DNA of 64,000 bases from a bacterium (GTDB lineage Bacteria; Patescibacteriota; Minisyncoccia; Phycocordibacterales; CAIZLB01): assembly GCA_037127815.1 (NCBI GenBank), contig JBAXXP010000004.1, forward strand, positions 4,647 through 68,646. The letters run 5' to 3'. The notes under the pieces are model-generated. The model was not told where the DNA came from. It saw nothing but the letters and a program-made list of their open reading frames with translations, and searched no databases. Shown here piece by piece: positions 50,830 through 59,846 of this stretch. How positions within the stretch are numbered: the stretch's first letter is position 1; each line of letters starts with the position of its first letter. The position numbers and the translations under genes are program-made.

Positions 50830-51414
50830 TTATAGTATGTCTTCAGGATCGTACTCTTTGACCTCTTTTGCTTTATCGATGAATAAAACACCATTCAAAT
50901 GGTCAATCTCATGTTGGAAAATATGAGACAATAATCCGCTTGCACCTCTTGTAAATAATTTACCCTCAGCATCATATGCTTTTAGCGTGACTCTCAGTGC
51001 TCTTTGAACTTTTCCATATAACCATCTAACAGAAAGACAACCCTCACCGTCCATCCATTTTTTGTCTTTTGACGTTTTAATTATTTCAGGATTTATACAA
51101 ACAAGATTTGCTGGAATTATTATTCTATGTTTCTTTTTTGCTTTTTCAGCATCCATAACTTTTTCTCTATCATCTGCTGTAAGGAAAATCTTACCAGATA
51201 CCATGAATAGCTGAAGAGGAACGCCTACCTGAGGTGCTGCAAGACCCACACCGTCAATTTGAGCTGATAGCATTTTATCCATATGAGCGATTAGACTTTG
51301 AATATACTCGCCCTTGATCTCTTCTACTGGTATAGCAATAGAAACCTGTCTTAAGGCAGGGTGTTCTTCTGTAACAATCTTATTTTCAGGCTTAAAATGA
51401 CTAAACTTTTGCAT
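50830..51414 (-). CDS. def: Peptide deformylase
   Basis: GVGLAAPQVG, EGCLS, QHEIDHLNG. Confidence 0.96.
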   Translation of the reverse strand: MQKFSHFKPENKIVTEEHPALRQVSIAIPVEEIKGEYIQSLIAHMDKMLSAQIDGVGLAAPQVGVPLQLFMVSGKIFLTADDREKVMDAEKAKKKHRIIIPANLVCINPEIIKTSKDKKWMDGEGCLSVRWLYGKVQRALRVTLKAYDAEGKLFTRGASGLLSHIFQHEIDHLNGVLFIDKAKEVKEYDPEDIL

Positions 51415-51492
51415 GTTGCTATTGTAGCATATTAAGAAATTATTAAAATTCCATAGATTGGGTAGGGATAAAGATGTGTAAATTGGTCCCAT

Positions 51493-53586
51493 CTATAACA
51501 AACTCTCCGGATGCACACTAACCGTAAACTCAGGAGGAAGACTAACTAGAATGTCACGTAATTCATCATCGGGCCATGCTTTTGGATTCATGGAGATTAG
51601 CATATGAAGAATTGACTTACCTGCAACGGAGGGAATAAAGGCAGGGAATATTGTCGGGTTCCATTTCTCAAGCCATATTTGAAGCTTACCCATTTCTTTT
51701 GCTGCAATAGTTTTTTCAGCTTCAATTGTGATTTTTATAAACATTGCAAATGGGGGATACATCAAAGCTTTTCTGTCTGCAATTTCTGACTTGTAAAAAT
51801 CGTTCAAATTTCCACTTTGAATATAACCAAGAAGTGGGCGCGTAGCATTTCTTGTTTGAATAAGTAAATATTCTTCAGCTAAAGTTTGAGCCTGTAAAAG
51901 AATGTGGCAAATCCTTTCATTGATTCTGAAATCAGGAAGCGAAAATAAACTATCAAGCGATGCAATAGCAACATGCTTAACAGGTTTCAAATAATTTAAA
52001 GAAAATTCTGTGCCAATTAAAATTCCACTTGAACTATCATTAAATCTTTTTGCGATGTCTCTTGCTTGCTTGTCCGTTTTTGCTGTATCTCTATCTAGTC
52101 TAAAAATCTGTCTATCAGGGAATCTCTTTAGAGTTTCTTCATGTATTGTGTCTGATCCAATTCCAAGCGTGATAAGTTTCCAGCTTGTACAATTTTTACA
52201 CCCTTCAAGGGCTGTTCTTTCTCGTCCGCAATGATGACATAAGAAATATCTTTTACTTTCAACTTTAGAATTATGTAAAACAACTGGCGCTTCACAAACA
52301 GAGCATGTGACAGTTGTTCCACAGTCTCCGCAAACAGTTTGAGGGGCAAGACCGCGGCGGGCAGTGAAAATTATCATTTTCTCTTTCTTCTTACCGGCAT
52401 ACTCCACCTGGGATTCTAGTTCTTCAGAATAAATTAAATTATTTTTTGAATTTATTTTATCCTTTTCTTTCTTTGATTTTTCCTTTCTGATTGGCTCGGC
52501 CATATCGACAATAATAGTATTTGGACGCTTCTCTATGCGCATTGAAATAGGGAAGAAATCAAAGACTTCTCCGCGTTCTCTTCTATATAAAGTTTCAACT
52601 CTAAGTAGTACATCACCATAAATAAGGCGTGCGCGTAATTCCTTTGACCATTTCTGAAAAAGAAATCTATAATCAAAAAGAGGTTTGAACATTGTAATGT
52701 AACTTCTTGAAGATTCTTTCTCTACGATTATTGTTGCGATGTCAGTTCTCGGTAGTCCAACAAAAGAAGGTGTTGTTATGAAGGCAATTGAATGCGTTTC
52801 GTTTAATGCTTTACCCCATGTTTCAACTTGTTTTTTTCTGTTAATTCCACCATGTAATATGTATGCGTAATCGCTGATTCCACGAGACAGTTCTTCATAA
52901 ATCTCTTCCGCAGAATTAACGGTTGGAGCAATAATTATAACTGATTTCTTTTTTGCAAATTCTTCTCTAATAATACTTTTGTACGTACCATATCTGTCTG
53001 TTGTGTTTGTTTGAAAAACATAAATATCGCGAGAGCTTATTTCTGTATTAACCCAGTCATTACCTTCTGATTTTGTTTCGATCAATTCACTTTCTACAGA
53101 GTGACTTGTGTTTGCGATTGTTTTTGTAGCTGATGTTGGTGTTGTGATAGCAGCTGCGTTTGTTGTGATCTTGTTCTTCTTGTTTATAGCCTCCTCTGCG
53201 TATGTAAGTGCACATTCAGGAATTATAGTTTTTATAATTGCTCCAATTGGATATGCAAATTCTTTTGAAACAGATTGGCAGGCTTTAATAAGGGAAGGTG
53301 ATACAGCTGTTATTGTTTTTTTGGATTCAATTTTTCTTGTAACAAAATCTGCGTTTTTGATATCAGCTTTGGATTCCTGTGCACTTACACAACTTTCAAC
53401 AAGTGCTAAAATATTTTTATTTCTGAAGGGAACATAAATGACTGATCCTGCTGGAAAATTATGAGCACCCCAATAGGTTAGGGTTTCTCTGAATGAAGAC
53501 TTGGAAATAGGATGGACAGTTAGTATATACACCCCTGAATCATCGCAGAAAATGGAGTTTTTTTCAATAGGCGAGTAAATTATCAT
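51493..53586 (-). CDS. priA: Primosomal protein N' with degenerate helicase motifs (start uncertain)
   Basis: Four CxxC pairs, RRG, LPDFR..E, IQT, YPPF. Confidence 0.88.
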   Translation of the reverse strand: MIIYSPIEKNSIFCDDSGVYILTVHPISKSSFRETLTYWGAHNFPAGSVIYVPFRNKNILALVESCVSAQESKADIKNADFVTRKIESKKTITAVSPSLIKACQSVSKEFAYPIGAIIKTIIPECALTYAEEAINKKNKITTNAAAITTPTSATKTIANTSHSVESELIETKSEGNDWVNTEISSRDIYVFQTNTTDRYGTYKSIIREEFAKKKSVIIIAPTVNSAEEIYEELSRGISDYAYILHGGINRKKQVETWGKALNETHSIAFITTPSFVGLPRTDIATIIVEKESSRSYITMFKPLFDYRFLFQKWSKELRARLIYGDVLLRVETLYRRERGEVFDFFPISMRIEKRPNTIIVDMAEPIRKEKSKKEKDKINSKNNLIYSEELESQVEYAGKKKEKMIIFTARRGLAPQTVCGDCGTTVTCSVCEAPVVLHNSKVESKRYFLCHHCGRERTALEGCKNCTSWKLITLGIGSDTIHEETLKRFPDRQIFRLDRDTAKTDKQARDIAKRFNDSSSGILIGTEFSLNYLKPVKHVAIASLDSLFSLPDFRINERICHILLQAQTLAEEYLLIQTRNATRPLLGYIQSGNLNDFYKSEIADRKALMYPPFAMFIKITIEAEKTIAAKEMGKLQIWLEKWNPTIFPAFIPSVAGKSILHMLISMNPKAWPDDELRDILVSLPPEFTVSVHPESLL

Positions 53587-53721
53587 ATTTTTATAAAAAA
53601 AGCTTGCTTGCCACCATTTTTTGAATAAATACATCTATTTATATAGGGCGTATATAATAATTTCAGATTTTCTTTATCTTTTCTTTATAGAAAACTCATA
53701 TCGATTAGATATGGTTGTTGT

Positions 53722-54348
53722 ATGCGAACATATGTATTTATTGATGCCTCAAATTTATTTTATGGTGGTAGAAAATCTCTCGGGTGGAGTATTGATCATG
53801 AAAAATTAGCATTGTATTTTAAGTCTAAGTATGAAGCGAATAAGGTCTATTATTTTGGAGGTGTTGAAATACATGATTTTCCATTTGATTATATAAAGAA
53901 TGAAACTGTACCAATAAATGACGTTTCAATTTATTTGGTAGATTTCATTGAAAAAAATAAGTATAACTTATCTGATGTAATTATAACTCTTATAAATAGA
54001 TATTTAAAAAGAATCAGATTCTACATGAAATTGGAGAAATTTGGATATATTCTTGTTCTTAAGCCAGTAAAGACTCATGTGGATGGAAAAGGCATAAGTC
54101 AGAAAAAGGCGAATTGTGATGTGGATATGACCCTTTATTTGATACGTTACAAAGATGATTATGATAGAGCTTTGGTTCTTACGGGGGATGGAGACTTTTT
54201 ATCAGCGCTCAAATATTTACGAGACAATAATAAAGAAGTTCTAGTGTTAGCAAGATCTCCACGCACAGCAAAAGAAATAAAAAAGTTTGCTGGAGATAAG
54301 TTTTTGGACTTTGAGTTCCTAAGGGAAATAATCAGGATGGATGAATAG
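53722..54348 (+). CDS. NYN domain (LabA/DUF88) predicted RNase, paralog of 443..1105
   Basis: FIDASNLFYG, KANCDVD, TGDGDFL, RTAKE. Confidence 0.9.
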   Translation: MRTYVFIDASNLFYGGRKSLGWSIDHEKLALYFKSKYEANKVYYFGGVEIHDFPFDYIKNETVPINDVSIYLVDFIEKNKYNLSDVIITLINRYLKRIRFYMKLEKFGYILVLKPVKTHVDGKGISQKKANCDVDMTLYLIRYKDDYDRALVLTGDGDFLSALKYLRDNNKEVLVLARSPRTAKEIKKFAGDKFLDFEFLREIIRMDE

Positions 54349-54367
54349 CTTGTCATTAAAGGGTACT

Positions 54368-54443
54368 TAATACAAAAGGCACCCATATAGGATGCCTTTT
54401 AGGTCTGGTAATGTAATTGTATCAGGGTACATGATGGTGTCAA
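54368..54443 (-). ncRNA. Putative short RNA unit convergent with the NYN gene
   Basis: TTGACA(54438-54443)-16-TACAAT(54416-54421); hairpin AAAAGGCATCC-TATAT-GGGTGCCTTTT. Confidence 0.5.
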
Positions 54444-54485
54444 GTTCAAGTTGTAAAAAATGCCTTCAGGCCTTATTATGTAGGC

Positions 54486-55499
54486 ATGGCATTATTTTCT
54501 AAAAAGCTCGGAATTGACCTTGGAACATCTAATACTCTTGTTTTTCTTCCTGGGCGTGGAATTGTTCTAAACGAGCCTTCAGTTGTTGCAGTTTCTGAGC
54601 AAGATAATCAGATTCTGGCTGTTGGAATAGACGCAAAGGATATGATTGGAAAGACACCAGACAATATTATTGCATATAGACCAATGCGCGATGGTGTTAT
54701 CGCTGACTATAGAGTTACTGAGGCTATGCTTAGATATTTCATAAACAAGGCTCTTGGCAGATGGAATATTTGGAAGCCAGACGTGATGGTCTCAGTTCCT
54801 GCTGGTGTTACTTCAACTGAAAGACGTGCTGTAGTTGAGGCTGCAATTAAGGCAGGTGCTAAAAATGCATATGTTGTTAAGGAACCTATTCTTGCTGCAA
54901 TTGGCGCTGGTATTTCTATTCAAGAGCCAAATGGACACATGATTGTAGACATTGGTGGTGGAACAACAGACGTTGCCGTTATTTCCTTGGGAGGAATTGT
55001 GACATGTAATTCTGTTAAATGTGCAGGAAATAGAATTGATCTTGCAATTGCGGATTACATTAAGAAAACCTATAACCTAGCGATCGGGGATAAGACAGCA
55101 GAGGAGATGAAAATAAACGTAGGGTCCGCCGTTACAATGGACGATGAACTTTCAATGACAATTAAGGGTCGCGATTTTCTAACCGGCCTTCCTCGATCTG
55201 TTGAAATTAAAACAAATGAAGTTGTTAAGGCAATTGCAAAAGAATTAAGAGATATGATCAAGGCAATCAAGGATGTTCTTCAAGAGACTCCACCTGAGCT
55301 TGCGTCTGATATTATTGATAACGGGATAATAATGACTGGGGGATCTTCACAGTTACGTAATCTTCCAGAGCTTGTTTATAGAAGAACTGGAGTTAAAGCA
55401 AAGCTTGCTGATGATCCACTTTACTGTGTTGCTAAAGGAACAGGTATCGCCCTGGAGCACTTGAATACATATAAGAGAACAATTATTTCCAAGCGATAA
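54486..55499 (+). CDS. mreB: Rod shape-determining protein MreB
   Basis: GIDLGT, EPSVVA, DIGGGTT, TGGSS. Confidence 0.97.
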   Translation: MALFSKKLGIDLGTSNTLVFLPGRGIVLNEPSVVAVSEQDNQILAVGIDAKDMIGKTPDNIIAYRPMRDGVIADYRVTEAMLRYFINKALGRWNIWKPDVMVSVPAGVTSTERRAVVEAAIKAGAKNAYVVKEPILAAIGAGISIQEPNGHMIVDIGGGTTDVAVISLGGIVTCNSVKCAGNRIDLAIADYIKKTYNLAIGDKTAEEMKINVGSAVTMDDELSMTIKGRDFLTGLPRSVEIKTNEVVKAIAKELRDMIKAIKDVLQETPPELASDIIDNGIIMTGGSSQLRNLPELVYRRTGVKAKLADDPLYCVAKGTGIALEHLNTYKRTIISKR

Positions 55500-55502
55500 A
55501 GA

Positions 55503-55536
55503 TTTGGGGTCAGGCACCATGGTGCCTGACCCCAAA
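55503..55536. repeat. REP-like palindrome copy 3
   Basis: TTTGGGGTCAGGCACCATGGTGCCTGACCCCAAA. Confidence 0.85.
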
Positions 55537-55544
55537 ACATACAA

Positions 55545-56339
55545 ATGAAATTAAATCATCACGCATATATAATCGAAAAAGTTTCCAGTGATGGTATTTC
55601 CCCTTTGCTAAAATTTATCTCAAATACCCTAGAGCTTGAATCAGGTAAGGACCCTCATGTGTCTCCAAATTTTTTACATATAAAAAGTAACCAATTAAAT
55701 GTGGATGAGGCAGGGAAGGTGGTGGCTTTTAATTCGCAAAAATCATTTGGACAAAACGGCGGAGGAAACAAAGTTGCTTTGATTGAGATAAACGGTGCGG
55801 GGCATCAAGCTCAAAACGCATTGCTTAAAACTTTGGAGGAGCCATTTCCAAATACATATTTTTTTATAACAATATCCTCAGGCTCACTCTTACTCCCAAC
55901 AATTCAGTCTAGAGTTGAGACGCACGCAATGGCGGATTTTTTAGATAATTTTGAAAATGGGGGAAACATGGCCAGTAAAAAGAATGAAGGGAACGCGGAG
56001 TTGAAATCAGAACTGAAGCCAGAGCTGAGGTTGATAGTTTCAGACTCAGTTTCAAGATTCTTTGGATCAAGTATGGCTGAGAGAATTGAAATGGTTAAGA
56101 AGATGGTTGATGATGCTGGAAAGGAGGGCGAAGATGACTCATCTAAGCTATTTCAGTTTCTACATGATATAGAAATTACATTGAAAGATTTGGAAAAGTC
56201 TAAGCTAAACAGGAGAATGAGTAAGGATGAGCTGGAGACCTTGATTACCGTTAGAGAGTACTTCGCGGACGCTGGGGCCTCAAAAAAGATGCTTTTGGAG
56301 TATTTATCGCTAAAATTGCCTATTATAAAAAACCTATAG
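55545..56339 (+). CDS. holB: DNA polymerase III delta'-like clamp loader subunit
   Basis: HHAY, AQNALLKTLEEP, LLPTIQSR. Confidence 0.8.
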   Translation: MKLNHHAYIIEKVSSDGISPLLKFISNTLELESGKDPHVSPNFLHIKSNQLNVDEAGKVVAFNSQKSFGQNGGGNKVALIEINGAGHQAQNALLKTLEEPFPNTYFFITISSGSLLLPTIQSRVETHAMADFLDNFENGGNMASKKNEGNAELKSELKPELRLIVSDSVSRFFGSSMAERIEMVKKMVDDAGKEGEDDSSKLFQFLHDIEITLKDLEKSKLNRRMSKDELETLITVREYFADAGASKKMLLEYLSLKLPIIKNL

Positions 56340-56546
56340 TATTCAAGCTAGAATTGCTTGGATGAGGTTCTAAAGGGCTGATTTAGGAGGGTTACGTCAT
56401 CAAACCACACATTTGCATTGTTATTGCTAATATATGTGTTATACTGAAGAAGTTCGTAGTATCTCAATTAGGCCAGCGGAGTTATCTGTGTGGTTGGCGT
56501 AAGGAGGTCGGCTATGGACGATTAAAAGTAACGCAAAACACACAAA

Positions 56547-56897
56547 ATGGAAAGAAAGTTATATATCGGAAACCTTGCTTGGACAACTACAACAGAAAGT
56601 CTTAAGCAAGCATTTTCAAAGGCTGGAGAAGTAGTAGACGCTATCGTTATGACAGAAAAGATGAGTGGACGTTCAAGAGGATTCGGATTTGTCACAATGG
56701 CAACCGATGAGGCAACAGACGCTGCTATCGCTATGTTCAACGAACAAGATCTTGAAGGAAGAAACCTTGTAGTTAACAGAGCTCGTCCTAAGACAGATAC
56801 TCCTATGGGAGCACCAAGAAGAGATTTTGGTGGAAGAGGTGGCGATGACCGCGGTGGAGACAGAGGTGGAGACCGTGGATTCAGACGCGACTACTAA
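56547..56897 (+). CDS. RRM RNA-binding protein with RGG tail
   Basis: LYIGNL (RNP2), RGFGFV (RNP1). Confidence 0.95.
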   Translation: MERKLYIGNLAWTTTTESLKQAFSKAGEVVDAIVMTEKMSGRSRGFGFVTMATDEATDAAIAMFNEQDLEGRNLVVNRARPKTDTPMGAPRRDFGGRGGDDRGGDRGGDRGFRRDY

Positions 56898-56928
56898 TCT
56901 TTAGCTAGATTTAGAAATAATCGTCTAA

Positions 56929-57020
56929 TAAAAATACCCTACGTAAGTGGGGTATTTTTATTGCCTGGAAATGACTACAAAAAAACCGGCCGCATCAGAA
57001 TGATGCGGCCGGTTTTTTAT
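56929..57020. terminator. Two intrinsic terminators between the convergent RRM gene and typA
   Basis: AAAATACCC/GGGTATTTT and AAAACCGGCCGCATCA/TGATGCGGCCGGTTTT. Confidence 0.8.
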
Positions 57021-57025
57021 TTTAC

Positions 57026-58813
57026 TTATTTAATCCCTTTCACTGACTTCTCGCGTCCTGTCTTTGTTAGAAACTTCTTTCTAAGACGAACTGAAGTTGG
57101 TGTGATTTCTAAATATTCATCTTCACACATGATTTCAAGTCCACGCTCAATTGTAACTTCAAGTGCAGGAGCTAGATATACTGTCTCGTCTGTTCCTGAA
57201 GCACGCATGTTTGTAAGTTGCTTTCCCTTGGTTGGGTTAACTTCCATTTCTTCTCCCTTTGATGTATTTCCAATAACCATTCCAGCGTAAACTTCTGTTC
57301 CTGGAGCAACATATAGAGTTCCTCTGTCTTGTAGGTTACCTAGTGCAAAGTGAAGAACCTTTCCAGCTTCCATTGAGATCATAGATCCAACAGCTCTTTT
57401 TTCAATAGTTCCAACATATGGTCTGAAATCGGTAAAACGTGAAGACATAATACCTTCTCCTCTAGTATCGATAACGAATTGACTTCTGTAGCCCAGAAGA
57501 CCACGTGTAGGAATATCGAATGTCATTCTTGTAATACCACTATGTTCCTTCATTGAAGTCATAATACCTTTTCTTCTACCAAGCTTATCGATAACAGCAC
57601 CTGCAAACTCGTTAGGAGTATCTATAACAACTTCTTCAAAAGGCTCATTTTTCTTACCATCTATTTCTTTGATAATAACCTCAGGTTGAGATACCTGCAT
57701 TTCATAACCTTCACGACGCATTTGTTCTAGAAGAACCGCAATGTGTAATTCTCCACGTCCATAAACCTTAAGAACGTCAGCTTGATCGAAATCAACATGA
57801 AGACCAACGTTAACTTCAAGTTCTTTTTCTAGTCTGTCTCTAATTTGACGACCGGTAACATATTTACCTTCACGTCCAGCAAATGGGGAATCGTTAACAA
57901 GAAATCCAAGGGAGATTGTTGGCTCATCGATTTTAATTGATGGCAATGGCTCTGTATCTTCCTTGTCAGTGATTGTCTCACCGATGAAAATATCAGGAAG
58001 TCCAGCTACCATAACTACGTCTCCAGAATATGCTTCTTGAACTTCTTTTCTAACTAGTCCGTCAAAAGTGAAAAGTTTTGTAATTCTACCTGTTCTTGTT
58101 TCTCCGGTATCTTTTTTGATAAACAGAGTTTGTCCCATTTTGATTGTACCTGTCCAAATACGAGTAACCGCCATTCTTCCTAGGAAGTTGTCATAAGCAA
58201 GGTTGAAAGGTTGAGCTTCAAGAGCCTCCTCAGGAGCACTTTTTGCTGGAGGAACTTCTTTGATAATTGTATCTAGTAGGGGATCAAGGTTTACAAACTC
58301 ATCGTCCAAACTTAACTTAGCCTTTCCTTCTCTTCCGATACAGTAAACCATAGGGAAATCTAATTGATGATCTTGAGCACCTAATTCTATGAATAATTCT
58401 AGAATCTCATCGTGAACTCTTGTTGGGTTTGCAGCTGGCTTGTCTAATTTGTTTAGAACGACAATTGGCTTAAGTCCAAGTTCTAGTGATTTCTTAAGTA
58501 CGAAACGTGTTTGTGGCATAGGACCTTCTTGTGCATCAACGATTAAAAGCACACAGTCGATAGAACGCAAAACACGCTCAACCTCTGAACCGAAGTCGGC
58601 GTGACCTGGTGTGTCAATAACGTTAACCTTTGTTCCTTTATATTGGAATGAGGCGTTTTTGGCATATATAGTAATTCCACGCTCTAATTCAATAGCGTTG
58701 GAGTCCATAGAAGAGGAGTCTTTAACTGCTCCTGTGTATTTCATAATTGCGTCAACGATGGTTGTCTTACCATGGTCAACGTGGGCGATAATCGCTATAT
58801 TTCGTATTTGCAT
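57026..58813 (-). CDS. typA: Translational GTPase TypA/BipA
   Basis: AHVDHGKTT, DTPGHADF, GRGELH, KQLTNMRA. Confidence 0.97.
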   Translation of the reverse strand: MQIRNIAIIAHVDHGKTTIVDAIMKYTGAVKDSSSMDSNAIELERGITIYAKNASFQYKGTKVNVIDTPGHADFGSEVERVLRSIDCVLLIVDAQEGPMPQTRFVLKKSLELGLKPIVVLNKLDKPAANPTRVHDEILELFIELGAQDHQLDFPMVYCIGREGKAKLSLDDEFVNLDPLLDTIIKEVPPAKSAPEEALEAQPFNLAYDNFLGRMAVTRIWTGTIKMGQTLFIKKDTGETRTGRITKLFTFDGLVRKEVQEAYSGDVVMVAGLPDIFIGETITDKEDTEPLPSIKIDEPTISLGFLVNDSPFAGREGKYVTGRQIRDRLEKELEVNVGLHVDFDQADVLKVYGRGELHIAVLLEQMRREGYEMQVSQPEVIIKEIDGKKNEPFEEVVIDTPNEFAGAVIDKLGRRKGIMTSMKEHSGITRMTFDIPTRGLLGYRSQFVIDTRGEGIMSSRFTDFRPYVGTIEKRAVGSMISMEAGKVLHFALGNLQDRGTLYVAPGTEVYAGMVIGNTSKGEEMEVNPTKGKQLTNMRASGTDETVYLAPALEVTIERGLEIMCEDEYLEITPTSVRLRKKFLTKTGREKSVKGIK

Positions 58814-58885
58814 AATGAGGGTTCATTTAAACATTATTTTGGTATTTTGGCAACTAAAGTAATATAACAACACAATAGAGAGGCT

Positions 58886-58983
58886 CCCATATGCCTTGCC
58901 TCCCGAGAGCACAAGGATTTCTTGCTAGAAATCCTCTCTGCTCGCTGCAGCTCGCAAGGCTCTCAGGAGGTAAGGTATATGGG
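58886..58983. repeat. Structured repeat copy 3
   Basis: CCCATATGCCTTGCCTCC / GGAGGTAAGGTATATGGG arms; core CTGCTCGCTGCAGCTCGCAAG. Confidence 0.75.
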
Positions 58984-59239
58984 CGCTAGTCATTTGTAGG
59001 TGGTATCAGGTTAGTTTCCTATATCCTCAATATTGGGGAATGGGCCTATATTCAAAGGTAAAACAGCGTATCTATTGACAAATATTATATATTATGCTAT
59101 TGTATAAGCAGTTAAATAAGTTCTTTGAATGATATTGAGGTAATGTTTGAGTTTGGAAGAAAGATCGTAATTGACTTGCTGGCACAGCGCTAAGCGAATT
59201 ATTGTCCTTCCACTACACTCACACAACAACACCAATATT

Positions 59240-59587
59240 ATGAAAATCAGCGAATTTGCGAACAACGGATTTCAACCCTTCGAAGGGACAATGGCTGAAC
59301 TGATTGCTCTTCGCGGTCTTGATAGCCGTTATGACATGATGTTCACCCTAACCACACGCCCGAGCGATACTTCCGGCTGGCGTTATCAGTTCAGGGCGTG
59401 GGTTGGGCCATTTGCAAACTTTTCGGCGAATCACGTCGATACAGGCAAGACTGAAAAGGTCTTCGAGATTCTCGGTAAATCTACCGATGAAATTCTCGAG
59501 GCCGTCAAACCCCTTATCGAACACAGAGCAGAATGGGCCCCCGTGGGTTCAAATTCTGTCAGGCTTTGGCTCTCCTGTGGTCGATAA
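59240..59587 (+). CDS. Hypothetical protein (ORFan)
   Basis: Promoter TTGACA-17-TATTGT at 59075-59103, boxA-like AGTTCTTTGAA, A/C-rich leader, elevated GC. Confidence 0.7.
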   Translation: MKISEFANNGFQPFEGTMAELIALRGLDSRYDMMFTLTTRPSDTSGWRYQFRAWVGPFANFSANHVDTGKTEKVFEILGKSTDEILEAVKPLIEHRAEWAPVGSNSVRLWLSCGR

Positions 59588-59743
59588 ATAGTGGTAAACC
59601 CACTCGGTGAAGTAACCACGAGTTCAATCCTCGTTAAACTTTCAACAGAGCGCACGACCTATATGGTACGGCGTTCTTTTTATTTACTTATGAGATTCAT
59701 ATATATTATATATAGCGCTTGTGGATAAGATTAAACAATTTAC

Positions 59744-59818
59744 TTGACTAATCGACACCGCTTGATACTATATAAATATACACGCCCCAGCTAGCCGAAA
59801 GGTCCGCTGGGGTTTTAC
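59744..59818 (+). promoter_or_regulatory. Promoter plus short terminated leader or small RNA upstream of the NYN gene
   Basis: TTGACT-16-TACTAT; CCCCAGC-TAGCCGAAAGGTCC-GCTGGGG-TTTT. Confidence 0.6.
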
Positions 59819-59846
59819 GTTGTTTGGTGATAGAATAACTGGATAC

